A stretch of 32,000 bases of DNA from NCBI GenBank assembly GCA_046533775.1, contig JAWDOO010000002.1, positions 1-32,000 of the forward strand, in the 5' to 3' direction. The notes below the pieces were generated by a model that saw only the letters and a program-made list of their open reading frames with translations, was not told the origin of the DNA and searched no databases. The position numbers and the translations under genes were made by a program. The DNA comes from Candidatus Nanopusillus sp. (GTDB lineage: Archaea > Nanobdellota > Nanobdellia > Nanobdellales > Nanobdellaceae). Positions 7,521 through 16,333 of the stretch are shown here, one piece after another; positions within the stretch are counted from its first letter, which is position 1, and every line of letters begins with the position of its first letter.

Positions 7521-10079
7521 ATGTGGCATTCTTTACCTATTGAAGAGGTATTAAAAAAGTTAAATACATCAAATAAGGGTTTAGATGATTATGAAGCCGA
7601 AAGAAGATTAAAAATATATGGAGAAAATAAAATAATATTAGAAAAAAAGAATTTTATAGAAATTGTAATAGAATATTTAAAAAATCCTTTCTTATTATTA
7701 TTTCTTGTTGCAGATATATTATCCATTATTTTTGGTGGTATTACTGAAGGATCTGCAATAACATTATTTTTAATATTATATATAATATCAGATTATTTAC
7801 ATGATAAGAAATCTGAAAAAATAATAAAATCTCTAGAAGAAAATATAGAAAGTAATGTTTTAGTTATTAGAAATGGAAAATATAAATATGTAAAATCATC
7901 AAAAATTGTTCCAGGAGATATTATTATATTAAAATACGGACAGAGAGCTCCTGCAGATATAAGGATAATAGATTCAATTGATTTAGAAGTTGATGAAAGC
8001 TCTTTAACTGGTGAATCAGAACCTGTAAGAAAATATAATACAATATTACCAAAGGATATTCCAGTAAAAGAAAGAAAAAACATGATATTCCAGAATAGTT
8101 ATATAATAAAAGGAATTGCAATTGGTGTTGTAGTTGAAACTGGAAACAATACATATTATGGAAGTATATATAAAAATATAAGTAAACAAAGAAGGAATAA
8201 ATCTCTATTACAAGAAGAATTAGATAAATTTTCATATTATATGATAATAATTATATCAATAATTGTAATTATATCTTTTGTAATATTATTAATAAAAAAT
8301 ATACTAAATTTATACCAGCTAATAATATTTGTAATAGCTTTAGCTATTGTTGTAATACCTGAGGGATTGCCTGCAGCATTAGTATTAATATATACAATAA
8401 GCAGTCAAAAATTAGAAAGAGATAATATATATGTAAAAGATCCAAATATATTAGAAGATATTAGCAATATAGATACAGTTATTTTAGATAAAACAGGTAC
8501 AATTACATATAATGAATTAGTTATAAATAAATTTTTCTATAATGGTAAATTTTACAATGTAAAATATTATAAAGATAAGGCAGAAATAATTTATAATAAA
8601 AAAATAATAAATATAGATGAGGTAAAAGAATTTTTAATATTTTTATATAATTCAATAGAGGATTATTTAACAATAGATATAGAAAAAAATGTTGGAGATC
8701 CTATAAATTTATCAATATATAGATTGACAAAATATTTTAAGATTTCTAAATTTTTAGAAAGATATTCTGTAAATTATTTTGATCCATATAGAAAGAGATC
8801 TTCTGTAATAGTAAAATATAATGATAAGAAATTTGCAATAATAAAAGGATCTCCATCTTCCCTTCTATCTATTTCAAAATATATAATAATAAACAATAAA
8901 ATACTTAGAATAGATAAATATAGAGAAAAAATTGAAAAAATTGAAAAAGAATATGGAAAAAGAAGTTATAGAATATTGGCAATTGGTATTAAAGAAATAG
9001 AAGAAAATGAAGAACCAGAAAAAGATATAACATTCCTAGGATTATTATTTATAAAGGATAAAATAAGGAAGGGGGTTTTAAAATATATAAAAGAATTGGA
9101 AGATCTTGGTATAAATATATATATAGTAACTGGAGATAATAAAGATCATACCTTAGGAATATTGAAATTATTAAACTTAAATTATAAAATAATAGATGCA
9201 AATGAAATAAAAAAATTAAATGAAAATTATTTATACGATATATTAAAGGATTATCATGTTATAGTAAATGCAGATCCTTTAGATAAATATAGAATAGTAA
9301 AAACATTAAAAGATAAAGATCATAGAATATTATTTGTTGGGGATGGTACAAATGATGCTATAGCATTGAAGATATCAAATGTAGGTATTTCATTTTATAA
9401 TGCAACGGACATAGCAAAGGACTCTGCAAATGTTATATTAATGGATAAGGGAATAAATAATATAACAAAACTAATTATGGAAGGAAAAAGAATTATATAC
9501 AATCTAAAAGTATATATTTTAGTAATGTTATCAGAATTATTAGGAATATTTTTATTTATTTCAATTGGATTTTTTATATATAATCAGATATTTCTACAAG
9601 CTTTACAATTATTATTATTAAATTTAGTAATTGAAACAATTAATTCATTATACATGGGTTCATCAGATGTTAAAGATAAGAAAATGTTAAAAAAAATGAA
9701 GGTTAAAATATTTGATAGATCTACAAAATTAGAAATAATAAGAAATATGATATTTATTGGACTTACTTCTACAATTGTTGCTTTAGCTACAAATGATAAT
9801 AGCTATATAATAATATTATTCTTAATAGCAACACAGGGAATATTATATATACATTATGAAAAATTATTTTCATTAAATATAACAAAAACAAAGGAATATT
9901 ATATATCAATATTTCTATCTACATTTATAACATCCATATTTTTAATTGGATATTTAAGAAGAATTATTCAATTTATCATACCATCTTTAATTGATATATC
10001 AGTATTTGCGATAGTTTCATTATATTTCTTCTTTATATATTCAATAATAGAAAGGATAGAAAATGTCAGAGGTATCTGA
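7521..10079 (+). CDS. Cation-transporting P-type ATPase (P2-type features)
   Basis: The N-terminus is Cation_ATPase_N-like (LPIEEVLKKLNTSNKGLDDYEAERRLKIYGEN). It carries TGES, PEGLPA in TM4, the DKTGTIT phosphorylation site, TGDN and GDGTNDA. Confidence 0.9.
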   Translation: MWHSLPIEEVLKKLNTSNKGLDDYEAERRLKIYGENKIILEKKNFIEIVIEYLKNPFLLLFLVADILSIIFGGITEGSAITLFLILYIISDYLHDKKSEKIIKSLEENIESNVLVIRNGKYKYVKSSKIVPGDIIILKYGQRAPADIRIIDSIDLEVDESSLTGESEPVRKYNTILPKDIPVKERKNMIFQNSYIIKGIAIGVVVETGNNTYYGSIYKNISKQRRNKSLLQEELDKFSYYMIIIISIIVIISFVILLIKNILNLYQLIIFVIALAIVVIPEGLPAALVLIYTISSQKLERDNIYVKDPNILEDISNIDTVILDKTGTITYNELVINKFFYNGKFYNVKYYKDKAEIIYNKKIINIDEVKEFLIFLYNSIEDYLTIDIEKNVGDPINLSIYRLTKYFKISKFLERYSVNYFDPYRKRSSVIVKYNDKKFAIIKGSPSSLLSISKYIIINNKILRIDKYREKIEKIEKEYGKRSYRILAIGIKEIEENEEPEKDITFLGLLFIKDKIRKGVLKYIKELEDLGINIYIVTGDNKDHTLGILKLLNLNYKIIDANEIKKLNENYLYDILKDYHVIVNADPLDKYRIVKTLKDKDHRILFVGDGTNDAIALKISNVGISFYNATDIAKDSANVILMDKGINNITKLIMEGKRIIYNLKVYILVMLSELLGIFLFISIGFFIYNQIFLQALQLLLLNLVIETINSLYMGSSDVKDKKMLKKMKVKIFDRSTKLEIIRNMIFIGLTSTIVALATNDNSYIIILFLIATQGILYIHYEKLFSLNITKTKEYYISIFLSTFITSIFLIGYLRRIIQFIIPSLIDISVFAIVSLYFFFIYSIIERIENVRGI

Positions 10080-10122
10080 ATTTCATCATCTATCAGCTAA
10101 CTCTGACCTTCATCACTATTTT
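10060..10122 (-). ncRNA. C/D box sRNA (2'-O-methylation guide)
   Basis: The minus strand reads aaaata-GTGATGA(C)-aggtcagagttag-CTGA(D')-tag-ATGATGA(C')-aattcagatacct-CTGA(D)-catttt. All four boxes are canonical. There are two 13-nt guide spacers, a 3-nt D'-C' loop and a 51-nt core at 10066..10116. The flanks can form a short A-U terminal stem. The 3' part is antisense to the last 14 nt of the ATPase CDS. Confidence 0.8.
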
Positions 10123-10151
10123 TAATAATATTAATATTAAATATAATTTTT

Positions 10152-11279
10152 ATGGATCTTCCTAAAATATCAATTATATTTCCTATTTATAAAAAAAGTA
10201 AATATTTAAAAAATAATATTCAAAAAATATTAGAAGATCCCTATCCAAATGATCTAAAAGAAATAATAATATCAATAGACTCTCCAGAAGACGATTTCTT
10301 AAATAAATTAATAGAACTAAAAAATAAATATAAAAATATAACATTGATTATATCAAAAGAAAGAAGGGGAAAAGTTTCTGCAACTAATGATGCAGTAAAA
10401 ATATCTTCTGGAGAAATTTTATTTTTCTTTGATTCAGATGTTATTATCGATTATATCAATATAAAAGGGATTATTAATGAATTAAAAGAATATGATATGG
10501 TAGAATTCTATAAAGAAATAATTAAAAAAGGCTGGCTTGGTTATCTTATGTTCATAGAATTTTCTTCATATTTTGATATTATTGATCCAATATTAAATAA
10601 AACAAAAAGACCCTTATTCTTAAATGGTAGTGGATTTGCAACTAAAAAAAATGTATGGAATGATGTGGGGGGGTATTCTAAAGTATATGTAGAAGATGTA
10701 GACTTTGCTATAAAAGCTGGAAAAAAAGGATATAAATATCATATGTCAAAAAATGTAAAATTACTAATTGAACCATTAAAAGGTTTAAGGCAATGGATTG
10801 ATCAAAGGAAAAGATGGGGTTTTGGAGTAATAGAAGTAATACTAAATCATCTAGATTATATAGTAGATTTATTTATTCGCAATATGTTAACCTCTATATT
10901 GATACTTCTAATTTTATATTTACCATACATAATATGGACTTATATATATATTTACTTACCAGCCTCTTTCTTATATCAGGTTGCTATAAATATATATGAA
11001 AATCTATCTAAAAATATTAGTTTTATATACTTAATAATATTAAATCCCACATCTATTTTCAAAGTATTTTACATTCTATACCTAACTTTATTATATATAA
11101 TAACAACATCTTCTTATATATACTTATTACTTTCAATAAAAAGGAGAAAGTTTTATAATTTTCTTCCATTTATATTGTTTTCAATATTATATATACCATT
11201 ATATGAAATTATCATAATATATGATATAATATATTATGGAATATTTGAAAGGGCTCCAAAGATGAATTGGAAGGTTTAA
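10152..11279 (+). CDS. Family 2 glycosyltransferase, processive-type (D, DxD, ED, Q(R)xRW motifs) with a C-terminal multi-TM region
   Basis: The N-terminal GT-A start is ISIIFPIYKKSKYL, followed by IISIDSPED, FFFDSDVI, VYVEDVDFAIKA and QRKRWGFG. The last ~140 aa are strongly hydrophobic. Confidence 0.8.
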   Translation: MDLPKISIIFPIYKKSKYLKNNIQKILEDPYPNDLKEIIISIDSPEDDFLNKLIELKNKYKNITLIISKERRGKVSATNDAVKISSGEILFFFDSDVIIDYINIKGIINELKEYDMVEFYKEIIKKGWLGYLMFIEFSSYFDIIDPILNKTKRPLFLNGSGFATKKNVWNDVGGYSKVYVEDVDFAIKAGKKGYKYHMSKNVKLLIEPLKGLRQWIDQRKRWGFGVIEVILNHLDYIVDLFIRNMLTSILILLILYLPYIIWTYIYIYLPASFLYQVAINIYENLSKNISFIYLIILNPTSIFKVFYILYLTLLYIITTSSYIYLLLSIKRRKFYNFLPFILFSILYIPLYEIIIIYDIIYYGIFERAPKMNWKV

Positions 11280-12262
11280 TGATGAAAAAAATAACAATAT
11301 TAGGAACTACATCATCAATGCCTACTAAAAGTAGAAATCATCCTGGAATATTTATAAAATTTAATAAGAAAGGAATTTTACTAGATTGCGGAGAAAATAT
11401 ACAAAGACAATTAAGAATAATGAAAATCTCACCAACAGATATAGATTATATATTAATTACACATTGGCATGGAGATCATGTTCTAGGATTACCAGGTATT
11501 TTTCAAAGTTTATCTAGCATGAATTATAATAAAAAATTAAATATAATAATTCCAAAAGAAAATATAGAAAATTTAAAAAGAATAATTGAAGATTTTATTA
11601 TTCCAATAAACTTTGATATAAATATAATAGAAGCAAGAGAGGGTTTAATAGTTGATGAAGAAGATTTCCAAATATATGGAATAAAAACAAAACATTCCAT
11701 AATATCTTATTCATATTATATTATAGAAAAAAATTATATTAAACTAGATAAAGATCTTATAAATAAATATAATATAAAAGATAAAGAATTAATTAAAAAA
11801 TTAAAAGAAGGAAAAGAAATAAAAATAAATGGCAAAACAATATCTTATAAAGATGTAGGATATATAAAGAGGGGAATTAAAATTACATATATTACTGATA
11901 CAATATTTTTTGATAAATTGATTGATTTTGCAAAAGATAGTACAATATTAATATCTGAATCTACATATTTCTTCCAACCAGATCTGGCAAAGAAAAATAT
12001 GCATATGGATTTTTTAGAAGTTAGAGAGATGTTTAATAGAAGTAATAGCAAGATATTATTATTAACACATTTTAGCCAAAGATATGAAGAAGAAATGGAA
12101 AATATAAGGAAAGATATTGAAGAAAAAAATGAAAATATTTATATATTGGACGACTTTGATGAAATATATATATATAAAGATAAAATAGAATTAAAATTAA
12201 AGGGGAAGAGAATTATTTATAAATATGATGAAAAAACTGGAAATATATTAAGACTCAATTAA
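11279..12262 (+). CDS. rnz: Ribonuclease Z (tRNA 3' endonuclease, metallo-beta-lactamase fold)
   Basis: KITILGTTSSMPTKSRNHPGIFI, LLDCGENIQRQL and ILITHWHGDHVLGLPG (HxHxDH) are present. The tracked ORF starts at a TTG at 11267. ATG at 11279 (MMKKITILG), overlapping the GT2 stop by 1 nt, is the more likely start. Confidence 0.85.
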   Translation: MMKKITILGTTSSMPTKSRNHPGIFIKFNKKGILLDCGENIQRQLRIMKISPTDIDYILITHWHGDHVLGLPGIFQSLSSMNYNKKLNIIIPKENIENLKRIIEDFIIPINFDINIIEAREGLIVDEEDFQIYGIKTKHSIISYSYYIIEKNYIKLDKDLINKYNIKDKELIKKLKEGKEIKINGKTISYKDVGYIKRGIKITYITDTIFFDKLIDFAKDSTILISESTYFFQPDLAKKNMHMDFLEVREMFNRSNSKILLLTHFSQRYEEEMENIRKDIEEKNENIYILDDFDEIYIYKDKIELKLKGKRIIYKYDEKTGNILRLN

Positions 12263-12688
12263 CTTTTTCAATTCTTCTTTTAATTCTTCTAATTCTGAAG
12301 ATATATCATCTAGTTCTTTTCTAATTTGATTATTATCTTCCTTATTTTCTTCTTTTATTACCTCAACTTTTGGTTTCTTTCTTACTTTCTTTTTTTCTTT
12401 AATTTCTACTTTATCTAATTTTTCATAATTAATTTCTTTATATAATTCTTCTATATCTTTTGTTTCTGGTAATGAATTTAATAGTTCGTCTATTATATCC
12501 TTTATAGATTTTACATTTTCTAATAATTTATCTAATCTCTGACTCTTAATTTCATGATCCTTTATATCACGCAATACATCATATAGTTGCAAATATATAT
12601 TTCTTTTTATTTTCTTAACTATTTCCAATATATCTTTCTCAGATTTTATTTTTACATATAAATTATCTGAGGACATTGTATGAACCAT
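12248..12688 (-). CDS. Lys/Glu-rich coiled-coil protein, function unknown
   Basis: This 146-aa ORF has heptad-like charged helices throughout. Its ATG lies only 4 nt downstream of the tRNA-Gly discriminator. Its 3' end overlaps the convergent rnz gene by 15 nt. Confidence 0.6.
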   Translation of the reverse strand: MVHTMSSDNLYVKIKSEKDILEIVKKIKRNIYLQLYDVLRDIKDHEIKSQRLDKLLENVKSIKDIIDELLNSLPETKDIEELYKEINYEKLDKVEIKEKKKVRKKPKVEVIKEENKEDNNQIRKELDDISSELEELKEELKKLIES

Positions 12689-12692
12689 TTTA

Positions 12693-12763
12693 TGCGCCGG
12701 CCGGGATTCGAACCCGGGTCATAGGCTAGGCAGGCCTACGTCCTACCACTAGACTACCGGCGC
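12693..12763 (-). tRNA. tRNA-Gly (anticodon GCC)
   Basis: Folded by hand from GCGCCGG-TA-GTCT-AGTGGTA-GGAC-G-TAGGC-CTGCCTA-GCCTA-TGAC-CCGGG-TTCGAAT-CCCGG-CCGGCGC-A. All four stems pair. The T-loop is TTCGAAT and the anticodon loop is CT-GCC-TA. No CCA is encoded and there is no intron. Confidence 0.93.
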
Positions 12764-12771
12764 TCTCCATT

Positions 12772-13428
12772 CTATCTAAATATATCCAACACACTATTTA
12801 TATTACTTTTTGATTCTTCCAATTTTTCTTTTAATCCTTTTATACTTTCTAGTCTCTTATTTTCATCTTCCTTTAATTCATTAATTATTTTTTCTACTTC
12901 AGACATCTTTTCCTTTAATTGTTGTAATAGTTCCCTAACTCTTTTATAATCTTCTATCTTTATTAATAATTCTTTTCTTACTTCTAATGGTTTTTCCTCT
13001 TTTAAATGTTTTTTATGAACACTTTCTTTAACTTTTTCCTTCAATAATGGTTTATTTTCCTCTAAAGGTTGTTGTTGACTAAATCCTTGAGATCCAAACG
13101 TTGGTTGTTGATTCCCAAATCCTCCAGATTGTTGGCTATTAATATTTTGAACTCCACCCATATTTTGTTGGCTCATTCCTGCAAATTGTTGTTGACTAAA
13201 TCCTTGAGATCCAAACGTTGGTTGTTGATTTTGTTTTCCTAATATACTAAAACTACCCGGGTTGTTGTTATAATCATAAGGATTCTGGCCAGTTCCTGGA
13301 ATATTATAATTATTGCCCATATCTGTTGACATACTACCAATTCCTCCAAGTTGGTTTTTTAGATTATCTAGATCTCCATAAAAGTCCTCTTCATTCTTAT
13401 TCTTTTTCTTAAATAAACTTATTACCAT
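12772..13428 (-). CDS. Q/N/G-rich low-complexity protein with a duplicated QQPTFGSQGFSQQQ unit and a C-terminal coiled coil
   Basis: This is a 218-aa ORF. The N-terminus is MVISLFKKKNK, the middle third is Gln/Asn/Gly/Phe-rich with two identical 15-aa units, and the C-terminal ~90 aa are charged heptads. Its TAG stop lies 8 nt upstream of the tRNA-Gly 5' end. Confidence 0.65.
   Translation of the reverse strand: MVISLFKKKNKNEEDFYGDLDNLKNQLGGIGSMSTDMGNNYNIPGTGQNPYDYNNNPGSFSILGKQNQQPTFGSQGFSQQQFAGMSQQNMGGVQNINSQQSGGFGNQQPTFGSQGFSQQQPLEENKPLLKEKVKESVHKKHLKEEKPLEVRKELLIKIEDYKRVRELLQQLKEKMSEVEKIINELKEDENKRLESIKGLKEKLEESKSNINSVLDIFR
13069..13230. repeat. Perfect 45-bp direct repeat (13069-13113 and 13186-13230, period 117 bp) inside the Q/N-rich gene
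   Basis: ttgttgttgactaaatccttgagatccaaacgttggttgttgatt occurs twice without mismatch. Each copy encodes NQQPTFGSQGFSQQQ on the minus strand. Confidence 0.95.
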
Positions 13429-13464
13429 ATAATATAATTAATAAGTCATAAAATATAAATCTTA

Positions 13465-16278
13465 TTATTCTAAAAATATGATAGCTGGTTTATATGGCAT
13501 TGCCCTATTTTTTTTAGATTCTTTTGATTCTTCTTCATATTCTATAATTATATCTTTAACATTTAATTCAGATTTAAATAAATCAATAGAAGAATTTAAT
13601 AGTTCATATTCTTTTTCTCTATCCAGAAATTCGTCAAGTATGTATATATTTCTCTTTACAAACAATAATATATCTCTATAGTTTGGATACTCATTTAAAA
13701 ATTCATCAATCTTGTTTTTATTATTTTTCAATTTATTAAATAATTCATATTTTTCCTTACTTGCAATTATTATTTTTATTTTATTAAATTTTTTATTATT
13801 CATTAATATTTTTAATTTTATTAAATCATCTCTTACAGATTTTATATATTTTTCATATTTTTCATATTCATCAGTATAACTTAAATTTTCTGGATATTTT
13901 ATATTAAAAGGATCTAGATTAATTTTTTCAAATATTTCAGAAATAATATGGGGAACAATTGGATATAAAAATATTGCCTTATATTCAATATATTTATTTA
14001 TAACTTTTCCATTTATCTTACCAGAAGCTCTCTTTAAATACCATTCAAAAGAATTATCCAATTCAAATATCTTATTAATTACATTCATATAATTTAATTT
14101 CTCGTATTCATCTTCAATTTCTTTTGCTAATTTATTTAATTTATTTTCAAACCATAGATCTATATAACTTTTTTCATATTCCTTATATTTATTATAATTT
14201 TCTATTGAATAATTATAAAATGATATTAAATATTTCATTACGAATTCTGATTTTTCTAAATCTATCTTTGCATCATCATAAGATGAATTTGCTGACATTG
14301 CAATAATAAATCTTAATATATCTGCAGAATATTTTCTTAAAGCATCTCTTAATGATATATAATTTCCCAAAGATTTTGACATCTTTCTTCCCAATGCATC
14401 TACAGCATATCCATTTATAGCAATACCTCTTGGCCAATATTTTTTATCAAATATTGCAACATGATGAAATATGAAGAATGATAAATGATTTGGAATTAAA
14501 TCTTTTCCAGAACTTCTCAAATCGACAGGATACCAATATTCAAATTCTTCTTTCATCTTCTTTACAATATCTCCATATTTTCTTATTATTTCTTCTTCAT
14601 TTCCTTTATTCAAAAATATATAATCAAATAAATCATCTTCAATTTTATCTGGATCTATATTTTTTATTAGATGAGCAATTGTATAAAATGCCATATATAT
14701 TGTAGAATCTGATAATGATTCTATAACCCAAGATTTATCCCAAGGTAAAGGTGTTCCCAATTCATCTTTATTATGTGCACATGCCCAATCCTTTAACCAA
14801 TCTATTTTTTGATGAAAATCTTGTTTTACATAATCTGGATAAAAGTTCATATTATCTACACATTCATGAGCAAGTTTTTTCCACTCAGGATCTGAATATT
14901 TTAAGAACCATTGATTATCTATAATTTTTACAATACATGGATTACCATACCTAGATTCAAATCTTGGTTTTAATGTATAATGTATTTTTGCTATATTTTT
15001 CTCTATAAAATCTTTAGCAATATTATCCTTTGCCTCATATATTTTCATACCACTATATTTTCCAAAAATATCTGTTAATATTCCATTATAATATTCTAAA
15101 GAATATATTTCTTTTGTTGCATCTTCCAATTTTTTTACATCTTTTTGATTATTTATTTTCATTTTTTCAACAATTTCTTTTGCTGGTATATTATATCCAG
15201 GAACATTAAATAAAACTTTCATACTATCTAAACATTTCTTTGCTATTTCTTTATATTCTGTATTTAATAAATCTCTTAATCCAATATAATCATATGGAGC
15301 GTGGGAAGGAACACTCATAACAATACCAGTTCCAGTTTTTATATCAACAAATTCTGCAGGCAATATTGGTACTTCTTCACTTGTTAATGGATTTATACAT
15401 TCTTTTCCAATCAATTCTTTAACATCAATATCTTTAATTTTCTCTAATTTATATCCTTGTGCATTAAATTCTTCAACAATTATTGTATCGGGTAATATAT
15501 ATTTATTACCACTTTCTTTATCTAAATATATTGAATATTTTCCATTTGGATTTATCCATATATTAGTTACACCATATAATGTTTCTGGTCTTAATGTAAA
15601 TGCTGGTAATATTATATCCTCATCTTTTAATCTGAATAAAATTATATAACCTTCTGTAGGACCTATTCCAGCATATTCATCTGGCCTGTCATGGTCTCCA
15701 ACAGGTATATTTGCAACTGGATCATATACTACAGGATGCTTTCCAGTTATAACTAAACCCTTTTCTTTCAATTTTCTATATTGCCATTCTATAAATTTAT
15801 TATACCATGGATGTAAATATGTTGTATAAAATTTCCTTCTCCAATCTATTGAACATCCCAAATTTTTTATATCTTCCTCAGCTTTTTCTACAAAGTATAA
15901 AGCCCATCCTGCTGGATCTTTTAATTTTTCTATATCTTCATCAGAAATTCCTTCATCTTTTAATTCCTTTATAATTTTTTCATCTCCATTTCTTAATCTC
16001 CATGATTTTGCAACAATTGGAGATCCGGTTAGATGAAAACCTTGAGGAAATAATACATTATAACCTTTTAATCTTTTATATCTAGCAATAATATCTACTC
16101 TAGTTAAAGATAAGGCAGTACCAATATGAAGAAATCCACTTACATATGGATATGGAAATGTAACAAAAAACTTTTGTTTTTCTTTATCGGGATCTGAATA
16201 ATATATATGTTTTTCATCCCATATCTTTTGCCATTTTTTCTCTATCTCTTTAAAGAATTCTGTATTATTTTCATTCAT
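13465..16278 (-). CDS. leuS: Leucine--tRNA ligase (archaeal/eukaryal type)
   Basis: FFVTFPYPYVSGFLHIGTALSLTRVDIIARYKRLKGYNVLFPQGFHLTGSPI is the archaeal LeuRS N-terminus. GTGIVMSVPSHAPYDY lies in the editing domain, and GRKMSKSLGN is the KMSKS motif. Length is 937 aa. Confidence 0.92.
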   Translation of the reverse strand: MNENNTEFFKEIEKKWQKIWDEKHIYYSDPDKEKQKFFVTFPYPYVSGFLHIGTALSLTRVDIIARYKRLKGYNVLFPQGFHLTGSPIVAKSWRLRNGDEKIIKELKDEGISDEDIEKLKDPAGWALYFVEKAEEDIKNLGCSIDWRRKFYTTYLHPWYNKFIEWQYRKLKEKGLVITGKHPVVYDPVANIPVGDHDRPDEYAGIGPTEGYIILFRLKDEDIILPAFTLRPETLYGVTNIWINPNGKYSIYLDKESGNKYILPDTIIVEEFNAQGYKLEKIKDIDVKELIGKECINPLTSEEVPILPAEFVDIKTGTGIVMSVPSHAPYDYIGLRDLLNTEYKEIAKKCLDSMKVLFNVPGYNIPAKEIVEKMKINNQKDVKKLEDATKEIYSLEYYNGILTDIFGKYSGMKIYEAKDNIAKDFIEKNIAKIHYTLKPRFESRYGNPCIVKIIDNQWFLKYSDPEWKKLAHECVDNMNFYPDYVKQDFHQKIDWLKDWACAHNKDELGTPLPWDKSWVIESLSDSTIYMAFYTIAHLIKNIDPDKIEDDLFDYIFLNKGNEEEIIRKYGDIVKKMKEEFEYWYPVDLRSSGKDLIPNHLSFFIFHHVAIFDKKYWPRGIAINGYAVDALGRKMSKSLGNYISLRDALRKYSADILRFIIAMSANSSYDDAKIDLEKSEFVMKYLISFYNYSIENYNKYKEYEKSYIDLWFENKLNKLAKEIEDEYEKLNYMNVINKIFELDNSFEWYLKRASGKINGKVINKYIEYKAIFLYPIVPHIISEIFEKINLDPFNIKYPENLSYTDEYEKYEKYIKSVRDDLIKLKILMNNKKFNKIKIIIASKEKYELFNKLKNNKNKIDEFLNEYPNYRDILLFVKRNIYILDEFLDREKEYELLNSSIDLFKSELNVKDIIIEYEEESKESKKNRAMPYKPAIIFLE

Positions 16279-16333
16279 AAAGTAAATTTAAATATAAAAA
16301 TACTTTTAAAATTATTTTTTATGATTTTATTAA

